A DNA stretch of 55,639 bases from Candidatus Falkowbacteria bacterium (GTDB lineage Bacteria; Patescibacteriota; Patescibacteriia; UBA11705; JACRDX01). The position numbers and the translations under genes are program-made. The stretch lies in assembly GCA_043798985.1 (NCBI GenBank), contig JAZDOE010000023.1, forward strand, positions 69,626 through 125,264, given 5' to 3'. Shown piece after piece: positions 18,439 through 28,452 of the stretch. The notes beneath the pieces were generated by a model, which worked only from the letters and a program-made list of their open reading frames with translations, was not told the origin of the DNA and searched no databases. Numbering within the stretch: position 1 is the first letter of the stretch; each line of letters opens with the position of its first letter.

Positions 18439-19500
18439 TTATTTAATGCTTTTAACGCCCATGTACAAAATGCTGCCAATTTTTGGATGGACTTTCAAAA
18501 CAGACGCCGCCAAAGTTGTCGGCATTTTTTTCGCGATCCAGCTGTTGCCGCCGTCTTTGCTACGATAAAAAGAAGTCGTGGTTCCGTAGTAAAGGTTGTT
18601 GCTGTTATTCGGATCAACTGCAATTGAATAAATGTTCGCTTGATCGCTCGGCGTCAGCAAATTCATGGCCGTCCACTCTTGCCCGTTGGTTGTTGTTTTA
18701 AACAAACCAACAGCAGACGCGTAATATAATGTTCCTGCTTTTTTGCCATCTTCAATAAACCCGCGATAATAATAAATTTCATTCGTGCCTAAACTCGTGA
18801 ATGCGGAATTCAAACTTTGCCATGTTTCGCCAGCGTCAGTTGACTTTGAAATTCCATTTTCCAAACTCGCCGCGTAAATAACCTTGCTGTCAAAACCGCT
18901 GATTAAAATTTTGGCGATACGACTTTTTAACGTTGTTTTTTTGCTCCAACTTTTTCCAGCGTCAGGACTCTTCAAAATTTCTCCGGTGGACAAACCAACC
19001 CAAAGCGTTTTGGGCGATTTCAAATCCAATGTGACGGCAGTCACCGAACGAGCGTCATCGCCAGTATAATAAACCTTGTCCCATTTGCGCGAACAATCAG
19101 TTGTTTTTTTCAACCAGCTGTCAACAGCAGCGTAAATCGTGCAATGCGCAGTCGGATCAATCGCAATCGCGCGCGGCACACCAACAGTCAAACCCTGATT
19201 CCAGCCAATTCCATTGTTATATGAAAAAAACATGCCGTCTTTTCGCGTTCCAATATAAATCGCCTTTTCATCAACAGGATCAAACTCCATCATCAACGTC
19301 TCGGCCGCGGCGATCGTGCCGACTGTCGCGCCCGGCGTCATCAAACTTGAGCTGTTCACCCATGTTTCACCAAAATCTTTTGAAACAAAAATGCCAGCTT
19401 GGCTGGTCGCTTTTTCTGTTGTGCTCGTAATTTGTATACAACCAGTGGCGCCGAACAAAACAACAGCGCCGACCAGCAACATTAAACTTTTTTTGAACAT
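18439..19500 (-). CDS. Lipoprotein with Asp-box (BNR) beta-propeller repeats
   Basis: MFKKSL...GATGC lipobox; seven S/TxDxGxxW-like boxes (SKDFGETW, SPDAGKSW, STDAGETW, SKDGGNSW and variants). Confidence 0.8.
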   Translation of the reverse strand: MFKKSLMLLVGAVVLFGATGCIQITSTTEKATSQAGIFVSKDFGETWVNSSSLMTPGATVGTIAAAETLMMEFDPVDEKAIYIGTRKDGMFFSYNNGIGWNQGLTVGVPRAIAIDPTAHCTIYAAVDSWLKKTTDCSRKWDKVYYTGDDARSVTAVTLDLKSPKTLWVGLSTGEILKSPDAGKSWSKKTTLKSRIAKILISGFDSKVIYAASLENGISKSTDAGETWQSLNSAFTSLGTNEIYYYRGFIEDGKKAGTLYYASAVGLFKTTTNGQEWTAMNLLTPSDQANIYSIAVDPNNSNNLYYGTTTSFYRSKDGGNSWIAKKMPTTLAASVLKVHPKIGSILYMGVKSIK

Positions 19501-19531
19501 ATTTTTATTTTTTCCGCCCAAGGCGGATTGT

Positions 19532-20569
19532 TTAAATTCTTAACATCGCGCTTTCAATGCTCATCTTTAAATTCGCGTTTGTGTTCAATAATTTTTTCAG
19601 CTCAAATACCATTAACGTTGTTCTGGACAATTCACCAATTGTTTTTTTGTCAGCGACTTTTTTAAAAAATTCTTCAGCGAAAACATTTACGGTTAATTGA
19701 TCTTGCCCGATTTTAAACAGCAGTAAATCTCTTAACGCGCTTGCCAAATTATCCAAAAAAATTTTCCAGTCGTTTTTATTATTGCCAAACTTTTCAGCCA
19801 TCGCGCCAGAAAACTGAAGCCTCTCCAATTGATCTGCTCTAATAAAATTCAGCGCCTTTTTAATTTCCTCCTTGTATCGTTCGTAATATTCCGCATTGTG
19901 CGCCAGTTGCCACGCCAGCGTTGGCAAACCTTGACTTACCCGCGACAGTTCATTAGCAAGACTTCTCTGCGAGCCAGCGTTTAATAATCCTTTGTAAATT
20001 TCAGCGTTTTGCGTTGGAAAAAATCGTATTTCCTGACATCGCGAATAAATCGTTGGCAAAACAGAATCTTTATGCGGCGCTATCAAAATTATCAAGGTCT
20101 TTTCTCCGGGTTCCTCAATTGTTTTCAGCAAAGCATTGCTGGCCTCAACTCCAAGCGCCTCTGCGTTCGGAACAATTATTATTTTATACGAATCATTAAA
20201 AGCTCGTTTGGAAATTTTATCAATTAGCACGCGCGCCTGCCCTACGGAAATCGTATCTGCTATTTTCTCGCCTTCTTTTTTCGCCTCGCGTTCCAGCCAA
20301 TAAGCCTCCGGGTAAACGCCCCTCTGCCATTCGCGACAACGCGGGCATTCTTCACACGGCAGAACAATGTTTTCTTTTTTAAATCCAAGTGAACGTCGCT
20401 GATCGCAAATTATGCTATTCGCAAAATATTTGGCAATTGTTGTTTTTCCGCTCAATCGCGGACCAGTAAATAAATAAGCGTGCGCTAACCTGTTATTAAC
20501 AATGCCTTTTTGCAAAAACGAAATTATTTTGGCATGTCCGATTATTGGCCAATTAAATCCGATATCCAT
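19532..20569 (-). CDS. holB: DNA polymerase III delta' subunit
   Basis: HAYLFTGP..GKT, C-x-x-C Zn motif, ASNALLKTIEEP, TIYSRCQ. Confidence 0.88.
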   Translation of the reverse strand: MDIGFNWPIIGHAKIISFLQKGIVNNRLAHAYLFTGPRLSGKTTIAKYFANSIICDQRRSLGFKKENIVLPCEECPRCREWQRGVYPEAYWLEREAKKEGEKIADTISVGQARVLIDKISKRAFNDSYKIIIVPNAEALGVEASNALLKTIEEPGEKTLIILIAPHKDSVLPTIYSRCQEIRFFPTQNAEIYKGLLNAGSQRSLANELSRVSQGLPTLAWQLAHNAEYYERYKEEIKKALNFIRADQLERLQFSGAMAEKFGNNKNDWKIFLDNLASALRDLLLFKIGQDQLTVNVFAEEFFKKVADKKTIGELSRTTLMVFELKKLLNTNANLKMSIESAMLRI

Positions 20570-20589
20570 ATCAATATTTTAGCACACTC

Positions 20590-21696
20590 TTAATTTGACA
20601 ACAACACATTTAAGGTCTCTCTGGCGCAACTCTCCCACGTAAACGTGGTCGCGCGTAATTTACCAGCCTCAATATACCTTTTCCTTTTTTCATCGTTGAA
20701 CAAAATCTGCGACAATCCATCAGCAATGTTTTCAATATCCAATGGATTAACAAGCAATGCCGCGTTGCCGACGATTTCCGGCAAACTTGTTGTGTTTGAA
20801 CAAACAACAGGACAGCCGACTGACATGGCTTCAAGCGGCGGAATGCCAAATCCTTCGTAAAGCGTGGCAAACAATAGAGCGCTGGCGCGGCGATACAAAA
20901 ATCCAAGTTCTTCTTTGCTTATCCAATCCAACAAAACAACGTCGTTGTTCAAATTATTTTTCTCCATTGTTTCAAGGATTTTTTCATAACCAAAACCCGG
21001 TCGGCCGGCCAGAACGAATTTCAACCCAATGGTTGGATTTTTTTCTCGCACGCGACCAAACGCTTCAATCATGCGTGCGACATTTTTCTTTGCTTCCAGC
21101 CGGCCGACGAATAATACGAATGGTTGCTTGCTGATTTTTTTTATTTCATCGCGCACAAGATCAACCCTATCTGCTACCGGCGCGACAAATCCAATATGTG
21201 TGACGACAATTTTCTCTGCCGGAATTTTATAAACATCCATGATTTCTCGTTTTGAAAATTCTGAAACAGTAATGATTTTCGTTGCGCAACGTTTTATGGT
21301 TTTTATGGCAAAACGATGATACGCAATATCCGGCCATTTATAAAATTCCGGAAACCGCTCAAAGCCAATGTCATGGATTGTCACAACAGACTTGCGCGGA
21401 TTAATCAATGGCAAAGTATGCGCCGGCACAAACAAAACATCGGGCCGTTGGCCCATTAACATTTCTAAGGTCAAGCGCCCCAATGTCCAAAATTTTGGCA
21501 ATGGCCATTTTAAAATTTTCTGATGGAAGTTGGCGGGGCAAACGGCCAATTCACCGACCAGCGGCCGGTCAGTATATAAAAAATATTGATTTTCACGATC
21601 AATTTTTTTAAATTCCTCAATCAAACAGTGCGAATACCATTCAACACCTGTTTTAAATTTTTTATTGGCGCGCGAAGCGTCAATGCCAATTAACAT
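20590..21696 (-). CDS. Glycosyltransferase family 4
   Basis: VVTIHD, ITVSEFSK, FVGRLEAKKN, EGFGIPPLEAM. Confidence 0.92.
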   Translation of the reverse strand: MLIGIDASRANKKFKTGVEWYSHCLIEEFKKIDRENQYFLYTDRPLVGELAVCPANFHQKILKWPLPKFWTLGRLTLEMLMGQRPDVLFVPAHTLPLINPRKSVVTIHDIGFERFPEFYKWPDIAYHRFAIKTIKRCATKIITVSEFSKREIMDVYKIPAEKIVVTHIGFVAPVADRVDLVRDEIKKISKQPFVLFVGRLEAKKNVARMIEAFGRVREKNPTIGLKFVLAGRPGFGYEKILETMEKNNLNNDVVLLDWISKEELGFLYRRASALLFATLYEGFGIPPLEAMSVGCPVVCSNTTSLPEIVGNAALLVNPLDIENIADGLSQILFNDEKRKRYIEAGKLRATTFTWESCARETLNVLLSN

Positions 21697-21700
21697 AGCT

Positions 21701-21840
21701 AAATTCGAAATCCGAAATACGAAATACTAAACAAATCCCAAATCCGACCACGCCTGCCGGCGGGCAGGAATCAGAATGTTTCAAACATTGGAAAATTCAA
21801 ATTTCGTGCTTGTTTCGAGCTTCGGATTTCGTGCTTCGTA
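21701..21840. repeat. 7-nt-periodic hairpin repeat with a nested CCTGCC...GGCAGG palindrome (21753-21768)
   Basis: aaattcgaaatccgaaatacgaaatactaaacaaat...cctgccggcgggcagg...ttgtttcgagcttcggatttcgtgcttcg. Confidence 0.85.
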
Positions 21841-21847
21841 CTTTATT

Positions 21848-22855
21848 TTATCTTGTCGCTAAAATTGAACGTTTATACATTTCAAGATTATCCAACGCGA
21901 CGCCAGTTCCTTTTGCCACGCACAAAGACGGGTCATCTGCCATATAAACCGGCACGCCAATTGCCTTGGAAAGCAAGGTGTCAATATTTCGCAACTGACT
22001 TGAGCCGCCAGACATAATAATTCCTTTATCAATGACATCTGCTGAAAGTTCTGGCGGCGTGTTTTGCAAAACCTCTTTAACGGTCGCGATAATTCCTTCC
22101 AATTCTTTTTGCAATGCTTCGGTAATGTCATTGGAATTCACGGCAATGGTTTTTGGCAAACCTGTAATCATGTCGCGGCCGCGCACTTTCATTACCGCTG
22201 GATTTTCCATGTACATCGCAGAACCGATTTCTATTTTTATATCTTCAGATGTTTTTTCGCCAATGGCCAAATTATATTTGCGGCGGATAAATTCCGCGAT
22301 GGCCGCGTCAAATCTGTTGCCGCCGATTCTGACTGACCGGCACGCCACAATTCCGCCAAAAGAAATAACGGCCGCCTCGGTCGTGCCGCCGCCAACATCA
22401 ACAATCATGTGGCCAGACGGACTTCCAATCGGGATATTCGCGCCGATTGCCGCCGCGATTGGTTCTTTAATAATGTACGCGGCTTTTGCTCCCGCGGCAA
22501 TCGTCGCGTCAATCACCGCTCGGCGCTCTGTTGAAGTGATGCCGGCCGGCACGGCAACCATTACTTCCGGCCGGAACAACCGTAAACCGCCGAGCGCTTT
22601 ATTGATAAAATATCTTAACATTGCTTCTGTAATTCGGTAGTCAGCGATTACTCCGTCTTTAAGCGGCCGCACCGCGACAATAGAATCTGGCGTGCGGCCG
22701 ATCATTTCTTTTGCCTCATCCCCAACCGCCAAAATTCTTTTATCAATAAGAGAAACCGCCACAACCGACGGTTCATTTATAACAATCCCTTTTTTGGGAA
22801 GATGTACCAAAGTATAAGTTGTGCCGAGATCAATCCCGATTTTCTTTATCAACAT
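21848..22855 (-). CDS. mreB: Rod shape-determining protein MreB
   Basis: GIDLGT, EPSVVA, RPLKDGVIAD, GITSTERRAV, VDVGGGTTE, GGSSQL. Confidence 0.96.
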   Translation of the reverse strand: MLIKKIGIDLGTTYTLVHLPKKGIVINEPSVVAVSLIDKRILAVGDEAKEMIGRTPDSIVAVRPLKDGVIADYRITEAMLRYFINKALGGLRLFRPEVMVAVPAGITSTERRAVIDATIAAGAKAAYIIKEPIAAAIGANIPIGSPSGHMIVDVGGGTTEAAVISFGGIVACRSVRIGGNRFDAAIAEFIRRKYNLAIGEKTSEDIKIEIGSAMYMENPAVMKVRGRDMITGLPKTIAVNSNDITEALQKELEGIIATVKEVLQNTPPELSADVIDKGIIMSGGSSQLRNIDTLLSKAIGVPVYMADDPSLCVAKGTGVALDNLEMYKRSILATR

Positions 22856-22870
22856 AATTCATTCGCCCTC

Positions 22871-23371
22871 CTATTTCCGCGTTTCTTGCAGTTCTTTTAC
22901 CGCCAAAATTTTATCTGCCTTTATTTTCGCTTCTTGTTCTAAAAATAATTTATTTACGCCAGGAATCATTAATAGCCAATTGCGGATTAAGCTGATTATT
23001 TTACTTACACTCACCTTAGCAGATTGTATAATTTTTTCAATTTTATTAGCCACGCGTTCACCTTCCTTTTTAAAAGCTTGTTTTTTGTTTTCCGGTAAAT
23101 TCACGTACAAATCCTTCAAATCTTCCTCCAAAATACTCTCAACCGCAACAATATATGGACTTTTTTGGCTAATAGCTGGGCCAGCCGGAGTAATCATTTC
23201 TTCTGGGCTGGTTTGCTGTTCAATAAGCTCTGCTTCTTTTTTGTCCGCTTCAGCAACTGCCAAATCTTCCGCGCGTTCAACTGAACTTGGGGCTTCTTTT
23301 TTGGGCGCGATAGCGCCAACTTCTAGCCGCGGTTTTTCTATTTTGTTGTTTTTTTGTTTTGAAAAATCCAT
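22871..23371 (-). CDS. Hypothetical soluble protein
   Basis: 166-aa ORF tightly packed between cysS and mreB with genome-typical composition. Confidence 0.7.
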   Translation of the reverse strand: MDFSKQKNNKIEKPRLEVGAIAPKKEAPSSVERAEDLAVAEADKKEAELIEQQTSPEEMITPAGPAISQKSPYIVAVESILEEDLKDLYVNLPENKKQAFKKEGERVANKIEKIIQSAKVSVSKIISLIRNWLLMIPGVNKLFLEQEAKIKADKILAVKELQETRK

Positions 23372-23372
23372 A

Positions 23373-24770
23373 TTAAATTTTCTTTTTTAATTCATATCCA
23401 ACTGATGTGTCGCGAATAATCCAGCCCAGCTTGTCCAGTTCGTCACGCAATTGATCAGACCGCTTCCAGTTCTTTTTCTGCCGAGCCTTTTCTCGCTCTT
23501 CTGCCATTTTCTTAACGTCATCTGGAATCTCAACCAACTGCTCTTGATAATTTTCCAAATTTAGCCCCAGCACTTTGTCAAAATCCAATAAAGTCGCGCG
23601 CTTGTCCGCGTCGCTCGCGTCACTTTTCAACACTGCCCAGCTAAGCGCCATGACTTGTGGCATATTTAAATCATCTGCAATTGCTTCTGCAAATTGTTTT
23701 TTTAATTCATCCATCGCGCTACCACTGGCCTTGCCAAGGTTTAAAAATCTTTCCCGCAAATTATTTAATCCAGTTTGCGCGGCAGACAATGCTTCAAAAT
23801 TAAAATTCAATTTACTGCGATAATGAGTTGTAAGGCACAAATATCTATAACTTATTGGATCATAACCCTGCTCAACCAAGCCATTTAATGTCAAAAAGTT
23901 TCCCTCTGATTTTGCCATTTTCTTGTCATTGATAATTACAAACTCGCCGTGCATCCACAGCTGAACAAATTTTTTGTTCAACAACGCCTGCGCCTGCGCG
24001 ATTTCATTGGTATGATGAACCGGAGCAAGATCAATCGCGCCTGTGTGTATATCAATCGGCGCGCCCAAACATTTTAACGCCATTGCAACGCATTCTGTAT
24101 GCCAGCCTGGAAAACCGAATGCTTTATCTTGCCCTGGCGGGGCCCACGGCGATTCCCATTCTTGCTGACGCTTCCGATCAATCGGAGAAAATTTCCAAAG
24201 CGCGAAATCCGTAGGATTTCTTTTTTCTTCATTTGCCGCAACGCGCGCGCCTTCATTTAATCCTTTAATATCCAGCCTCCCTAGATATCCATAATCTTTG
24301 GTTTTTGAAGTATCAAAATAAATACCATCTGAAATTTTATAGGTATATCCTTTTTCTTCTAACCTTTTTATTAAATCAATTTGCTCATTGATATACTCGC
24401 TGGCTCGGCACCAAATCGTTGGCTCACTAATGTTTAACTTTGCCAAATCCTCGCGAAACGCTTGCCAATAAAAATCAGCGATCTCTTTGGCGCTTTTATT
24501 TTCCATTCGCGCAGCTTTTTCCATTTTGTCTTCGCCAGTATCGCCATCATCAGTTAAATGCCCGACATCTGTGACGTTCATCGCGTGTTTTATTTTGTAC
24601 CCAGCATACATCAACACGCGTTTTAAAATGTCAGCAAAAATATAGGTGCGCAGATTTCCAATGTGCGCGAAGTTATAAACAGTAGGTCCGCAAGAATAAA
24701 TTTTGACCTCTGTTTTATCAAACGGCTTAAATTCTTCTTTTTCGCGAGTCCAAGTATTAAAAAACTTCAT
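23373..24770 (-). CDS. cysS: Cysteinyl-tRNA synthetase
   Basis: YSCGPTVY, HIGN, NVTDVGH, DFALWK, PGWHTEC, HHTNE, KMAKS. Start set at MKFFNTW (24770). Confidence 0.97.
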   Translation of the reverse strand: MKFFNTWTREKEEFKPFDKTEVKIYSCGPTVYNFAHIGNLRTYIFADILKRVLMYAGYKIKHAMNVTDVGHLTDDGDTGEDKMEKAARMENKSAKEIADFYWQAFREDLAKLNISEPTIWCRASEYINEQIDLIKRLEEKGYTYKISDGIYFDTSKTKDYGYLGRLDIKGLNEGARVAANEEKRNPTDFALWKFSPIDRKRQQEWESPWAPPGQDKAFGFPGWHTECVAMALKCLGAPIDIHTGAIDLAPVHHTNEIAQAQALLNKKFVQLWMHGEFVIINDKKMAKSEGNFLTLNGLVEQGYDPISYRYLCLTTHYRSKLNFNFEALSAAQTGLNNLRERFLNLGKASGSAMDELKKQFAEAIADDLNMPQVMALSWAVLKSDASDADKRATLLDFDKVLGLNLENYQEQLVEIPDDVKKMAEEREKARQKKNWKRSDQLRDELDKLGWIIRDTSVGYELKKKI

Positions 24771-24800
24771 AAGGTACTTATATTGTAGTCTGAAATTGAT

Positions 24801-24840
24801 AAAAAGAAAAGAGGCGCCCAACCGTTGGCTGGGTGCCCTC
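24801..24840 (-). terminator. Intrinsic terminator of the 24845 gene
   Basis: gagg.gccca...tgggtgccctc stem followed by TTTTCTTTTT on the minus strand. Confidence 0.65.
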
Positions 24841-24844
24841 AACT

Positions 24845-25504
24845 TCAATTCGACGTGAGTGTCCACTGCCCACTGTGCGTAGGCTCACCGTTGATAATCA
24901 ACTTGTATGAACCGACAATCTTGCTCGACTCGAACAACTGCTTTTCCACCTTCTTTGCATCCATCATCAGAAACCCTGTCACTCCCGGATCGCCGCCATC
25001 AAGATGCAGAACATCGACCTCCAATGTTCCACTCACTGTTTCCGGCAATTCCTTGCTGCCAGCAGCTGCACCGAGCACGAACATTTCTACAAAAGCCTTA
25101 TCCTGCGCAAATTCAACCGAGTAGCTATAAACCAATGGCTCATCGATCGCCAGCATTTGCAACATCCAAGCGCCACCCACTTCACAGCATGGATACTTCA
25201 AACACTTCATCAACTGTGGGTCAGGATACTCTCCCTCTGGGCATGGATTCACGACCTCCGCGTCCTTCGCATCCTTGTTGTCTTTGACATCCAGCAACAC
25301 ATCAGGAATGTCCGTGACGTCTATTGGCGCCGAGTCTTCCTGTTGGTCAACATCCAAGCCCGAATCGTCTGACTCCACGTCAGGAACCCAACCATCCTCA
25401 CTGTCCGGCGCCGTAAACACCAATCCGTCCCAATTGATCGGATTTTCAAGGGTGCAAGCGGCTGCCAACGCCAAAACTACTGCGAAAAGCGCTGTTTTCC
25501 GCAT
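24845..25504 (-). CDS. GC-rich lipoprotein with Asp-rich linker and Cys motif
   Basis: GGAGGTG SD just before ATG; MRKTALFAVVLALAAAC lipobox; acidic linker; CPEG...C..YPCC; beta-rich C-terminal domain. Confidence 0.8.
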   Translation of the reverse strand: MRKTALFAVVLALAAACTLENPINWDGLVFTAPDSEDGWVPDVESDDSGLDVDQQEDSAPIDVTDIPDVLLDVKDNKDAKDAEVVNPCPEGEYPDPQLMKCLKYPCCEVGGAWMLQMLAIDEPLVYSYSVEFAQDKAFVEMFVLGAAAGSKELPETVSGTLEVDVLHLDGGDPGVTGFLMMDAKKVEKQLFESSKIVGSYKLIINGEPTHSGQWTLTSN

Positions 25505-25536
25505 AACGCACCTCCTTTTTTACGTTCAAGGTTCAA

Positions 25537-26715
25537 TTATTTGGATTCCAAATATACAGAATCCAAATCAACCAATATTAGCACGCTTCCAAGCGTTTTG
25601 TCAAATGGTTGTAAAACCTTACCAATTACATATCCTGATCGCGTTGCTTTCATTCCAACGCCCGGGATATTTGAAGAAGTAATATAATCACCTATTTCCA
25701 ACGCGCCATTCGCGTTTGTTGCTTTCACATAAACAAACCCGGCTAAAGCCAGTGGTGCGCGCTTACCAATTTTTTCAGTTTGACCAGATAAAATCATGGA
25801 TGGATTTTCTGAAATGACTCCAATCGCAGATTTTGAATATGCAGAAGATGCCTTAACAACAACACCATCCGCTGACATTTCAACAATATCTCCGGCTTCA
25901 ACATTTTTTGCAACGTCAACGTTTTCCGCTAAATCTCCAAAACAGAATCCCCCGTCCGTGCAAACACCTGTAACATGCAAACCACCGGTTATCTTCACTG
26001 TACCCGTAAAATCTCCGGCAGTTAAAGAACCTTTAGCAACAATGCCGTTACCATTTTTATCCGCCAAAGTCACAGTAGTATTTGCGTCCTTTTGCGCCTT
26101 GAACGCGTAATCAGCTCCAGCCGCTTCAACAAAATTGTTAGTCGCGCTATTTTCAACTTTCATTCCGAGCTTAGCTGACGAACCATAAACCCCAATTTGG
26201 TTTCCAACCGCATACACGCCCTTGTCACGACCATTGCCATAAAGACCATTTCCTTGCCCGCCAATGTATCCATAATTTCCTAATATATCTAAACCATAAA
26301 GCCCATAAAGTCCGCCCAAGCCCCAAATGCCATAATCAGTTGCGCCAGAGGAAAATATGCCGCCATATTTACCAGTTGCGGAAACCGCTGGCTGGCTAGC
26401 TACCTTTGAATCAAAATAACCAGCGTAAGCTTTATCCCCAAGCCGCGCCTCTGTCAGATTATTTTTATTTTTCGCGACAAGTCCATAGTTAGCGCCAATA
26501 ACATTCAAACCGATATTACTGTCAGCAATCGCGCCATTCAACCCCAATGTTCCGGACTTAGTTTGCAAAGTTGAACTGACATTAATCGGAGCCGCTACAT
26601 TACCAGCCGGCGGATTGTTCGTGGGTTCAGACCATGCCATAACAAAACCAACACCAACCAAACAACTGATCGTGGCAAAAATACTAATTATACTAATAAT
26701 AATTTTTTCGCGCAT
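25537..26715 (-). CDS. Surface fibre-like protein with Gly-rich beta repeats and a C-terminal intramolecular-chaperone/peptidase G2-like domain
   Basis: N-terminal TM then WSEPTNNPPAGNVAAPIN; GxYG repeats; GDLAE...AGDIV...AIGVISENP...LALAG.V.VK...GDYITSS..PG.GMKA...VIGK. Confidence 0.65.
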   Translation of the reverse strand: MREKIIISIISIFATISCLVGVGFVMAWSEPTNNPPAGNVAAPINVSSTLQTKSGTLGLNGAIADSNIGLNVIGANYGLVAKNKNNLTEARLGDKAYAGYFDSKVASQPAVSATGKYGGIFSSGATDYGIWGLGGLYGLYGLDILGNYGYIGGQGNGLYGNGRDKGVYAVGNQIGVYGSSAKLGMKVENSATNNFVEAAGADYAFKAQKDANTTVTLADKNGNGIVAKGSLTAGDFTGTVKITGGLHVTGVCTDGGFCFGDLAENVDVAKNVEAGDIVEMSADGVVVKASSAYSKSAIGVISENPSMILSGQTEKIGKRAPLALAGFVYVKATNANGALEIGDYITSSNIPGVGMKATRSGYVIGKVLQPFDKTLGSVLILVDLDSVYLESK

Positions 26716-26806
26716 AATATCGTTTTTATTTTTCAATAGTTATTATACCATTTTTTCCCTGCGCAACAAAATGTGTTATAATATCCACATAATAATATTT
26801 CAATTT

Positions 26807-27316
26807 ATGCATCGCCACTTAATATCAATGATCGTTCTCATTGTTTTGTTCACTCTTGTTTTTTCGCTCGGCTTTTATTTTGGCACGAGCTACAAAAACG
26901 CAAAATACTATGACCAAGGATTTACCGCTGGTTTTGACAGCGCGATTAACTCACTTGCCCAAAACAACATAATCCCAATGCCGCAAGAAGCAGTAATCGC
27001 AAACGCAATTCTCAAACAAAAAAACAACGACCAATTTGTCGTTGAAGTCCTTCCAAATATTTTAATGCCAATTATCAATCCGCAGGATAAAATCAAAACG
27101 CTCAATATAGATTCCAGCACCACCTTTTGCAAAATCATTCAAAAAACAATTGAACAAGTAATGCAACAAACTCCAAAAAATCAGCCGCCAGTTATTTCAG
27201 AACAATCAACAGCGACAATTAAAGATTTTAGCGTTGGTCAAAAAATTCAGATCACAACAGCCAATGATATTTTCACAAATAACGCGCTGGTCGCGAAACA
27301 AATTTGTTTATATTAA
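26807..27316 (+). CDS. Hypothetical single-TM protein
   Basis: In-frame ATG 26807 downstream of TGtTATAAT; N-terminal TM; the longer ORF start overlaps the divergent gene. Confidence 0.65.
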   Translation: MHRHLISMIVLIVLFTLVFSLGFYFGTSYKNAKYYDQGFTAGFDSAINSLAQNNIIPMPQEAVIANAILKQKNNDQFVVEVLPNILMPIINPQDKIKTLNIDSSTTFCKIIQKTIEQVMQQTPKNQPPVISEQSTATIKDFSVGQKIQITTANDIFTNNALVAKQICLY

Positions 27317-28414
27317 TTCGTCCTTAATTTCTTTTAACAATTGGCGCGCTTTTCTGGATAATTTGCGCGGGATATCAACCTCAACTTCCACCAGCTGATC
27401 GCCGCGGGAATTGCCGTGTTTAACACCTTTGCCGCGCAACCGGAAAACCGCGCCCGCTTGCGTGCCTTCTGGAATTTGTAATTCAACCGTTCCGTCCACT
27501 GTTTCAACATCAATCACATCGCCTAACATCGCTTGAAAGGCGTTTATTTTTTTATGCGAAATAATATTCCAACCATCGCGTTCAAACTCGCGGCTTGGTT
27601 TTACAAAAACATTTACATACAACGAGCCAGCCCCACCGCTGGCCGCGTTGCCGTGGCCGGACAATTCCAACGTGTTGCCATTATCTACGCCAGCCGGAAT
27701 TTCAATTTTCAAATTCTGAACTTCATTAACAAAACCCCCAGCGGCGCAGCGTTTGCATTTTTTTTCTGGGATCTTTCCTGCGCCGCTGCATTTTTGGCAC
27801 GTCACGCTGGTTTGCATTGTCCCCAAAAAAGTTCTCTGCATTCGCGTCACTTGTCCGCGACCGCCGCATTCTGAACAATTGATAAACTTGCTACCATGCT
27901 CTTTTCCTTCGCCATTGCAAGCAGGACATAAAATTTTTCTGTTCAATTTTATTTCCCTGCTCGTTCCAAAAACAGCTTCTTTAAAATCAAGTTGCAAATC
28001 AATCGCAATATCTTCGCCTTGCCTCGCCGAAGGCCGCCCTCGGCGGCCGGAGGCAGGCCGATTAAACCCGAAAATATCACCAAAAATATCGCCGAGATCA
28101 ACACCGCCGAAGTCGAATCCACCCTGCCATGAGCCTGTCGAATGGCCGCGCGCCTGCCGCATAAAATCATCCCAGTTTATTCCTTGACCAAAACCGCCTT
28201 GCTGATCAAAAGTCGCGCCAAACTGGTCATACTGTTTGCGTTTGTCAGCATTGCCAAGAACTTGGTACGCTTCGTTGATTTCTTTAAACTTGGCTTCGTC
28301 TCCGCCTTGTTTGTCAGGATGATATTTGTGCGCCAGTTTGCGAAAAGCCTGCTTGATTTCATCAGCATTCGCGCCATTTTCAACTCCTAAAATTTTATAA
28401 TAATCTTTTGCCAT
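27308..28414 (-). CDS. dnaJ: Chaperone DnaJ
   Basis: KDYYKILGV, HPD, G/F-rich linker, four CxxCxGxG-like motifs. Confidence 0.97.
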   Translation of the reverse strand: MAKDYYKILGVENGANADEIKQAFRKLAHKYHPDKQGGDEAKFKEINEAYQVLGNADKRKQYDQFGATFDQQGGFGQGINWDDFMRQARGHSTGSWQGGFDFGGVDLGDIFGDIFGFNRPASGRRGRPSARQGEDIAIDLQLDFKEAVFGTSREIKLNRKILCPACNGEGKEHGSKFINCSECGGRGQVTRMQRTFLGTMQTSVTCQKCSGAGKIPEKKCKRCAAGGFVNEVQNLKIEIPAGVDNGNTLELSGHGNAASGGAGSLYVNVFVKPSREFERDGWNIISHKKINAFQAMLGDVIDVETVDGTVELQIPEGTQAGAVFRLRGKGVKHGNSRGDQLVEVEVDIPRKLSRKARQLLKEIKDELI

Positions 28415-28417
28415 AAT

Positions 28418-28446
28418 TTGACAGTGTGGATAACTTTTGCTACTCT
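28418..28446 (+). promoter_or_regulatory. Sigma70-type promoter antisense to the dnaK operon, with a DnaA-box match in its spacer
   Basis: TTGACA(28418-28423)-17 nt-TACTCT(28441-28446) preceded by TG; TGTGGATAA (TTATCCACA reversed) at 28425-28433. Confidence 0.5.
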
Positions 28447-28452
28447 TTAATT

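Noticed and set aside
21701-21840. CRISPR array or DGR repeats
   Set aside because: Repeats are degenerate 7-mers without unique spacers; no cas gene, reverse transcriptase or TR/VR pair in the window.
28021-28060. Palindrome insertions in DnaJ (RPASGRRGRPSAR) and CysRS (APPGQ, about 24133-24148)
   Set aside because: Hairpin-like and reminiscent of the repeat families, but in naturally variable or possibly clade-conserved segments; insertion cannot be shown without alignments.
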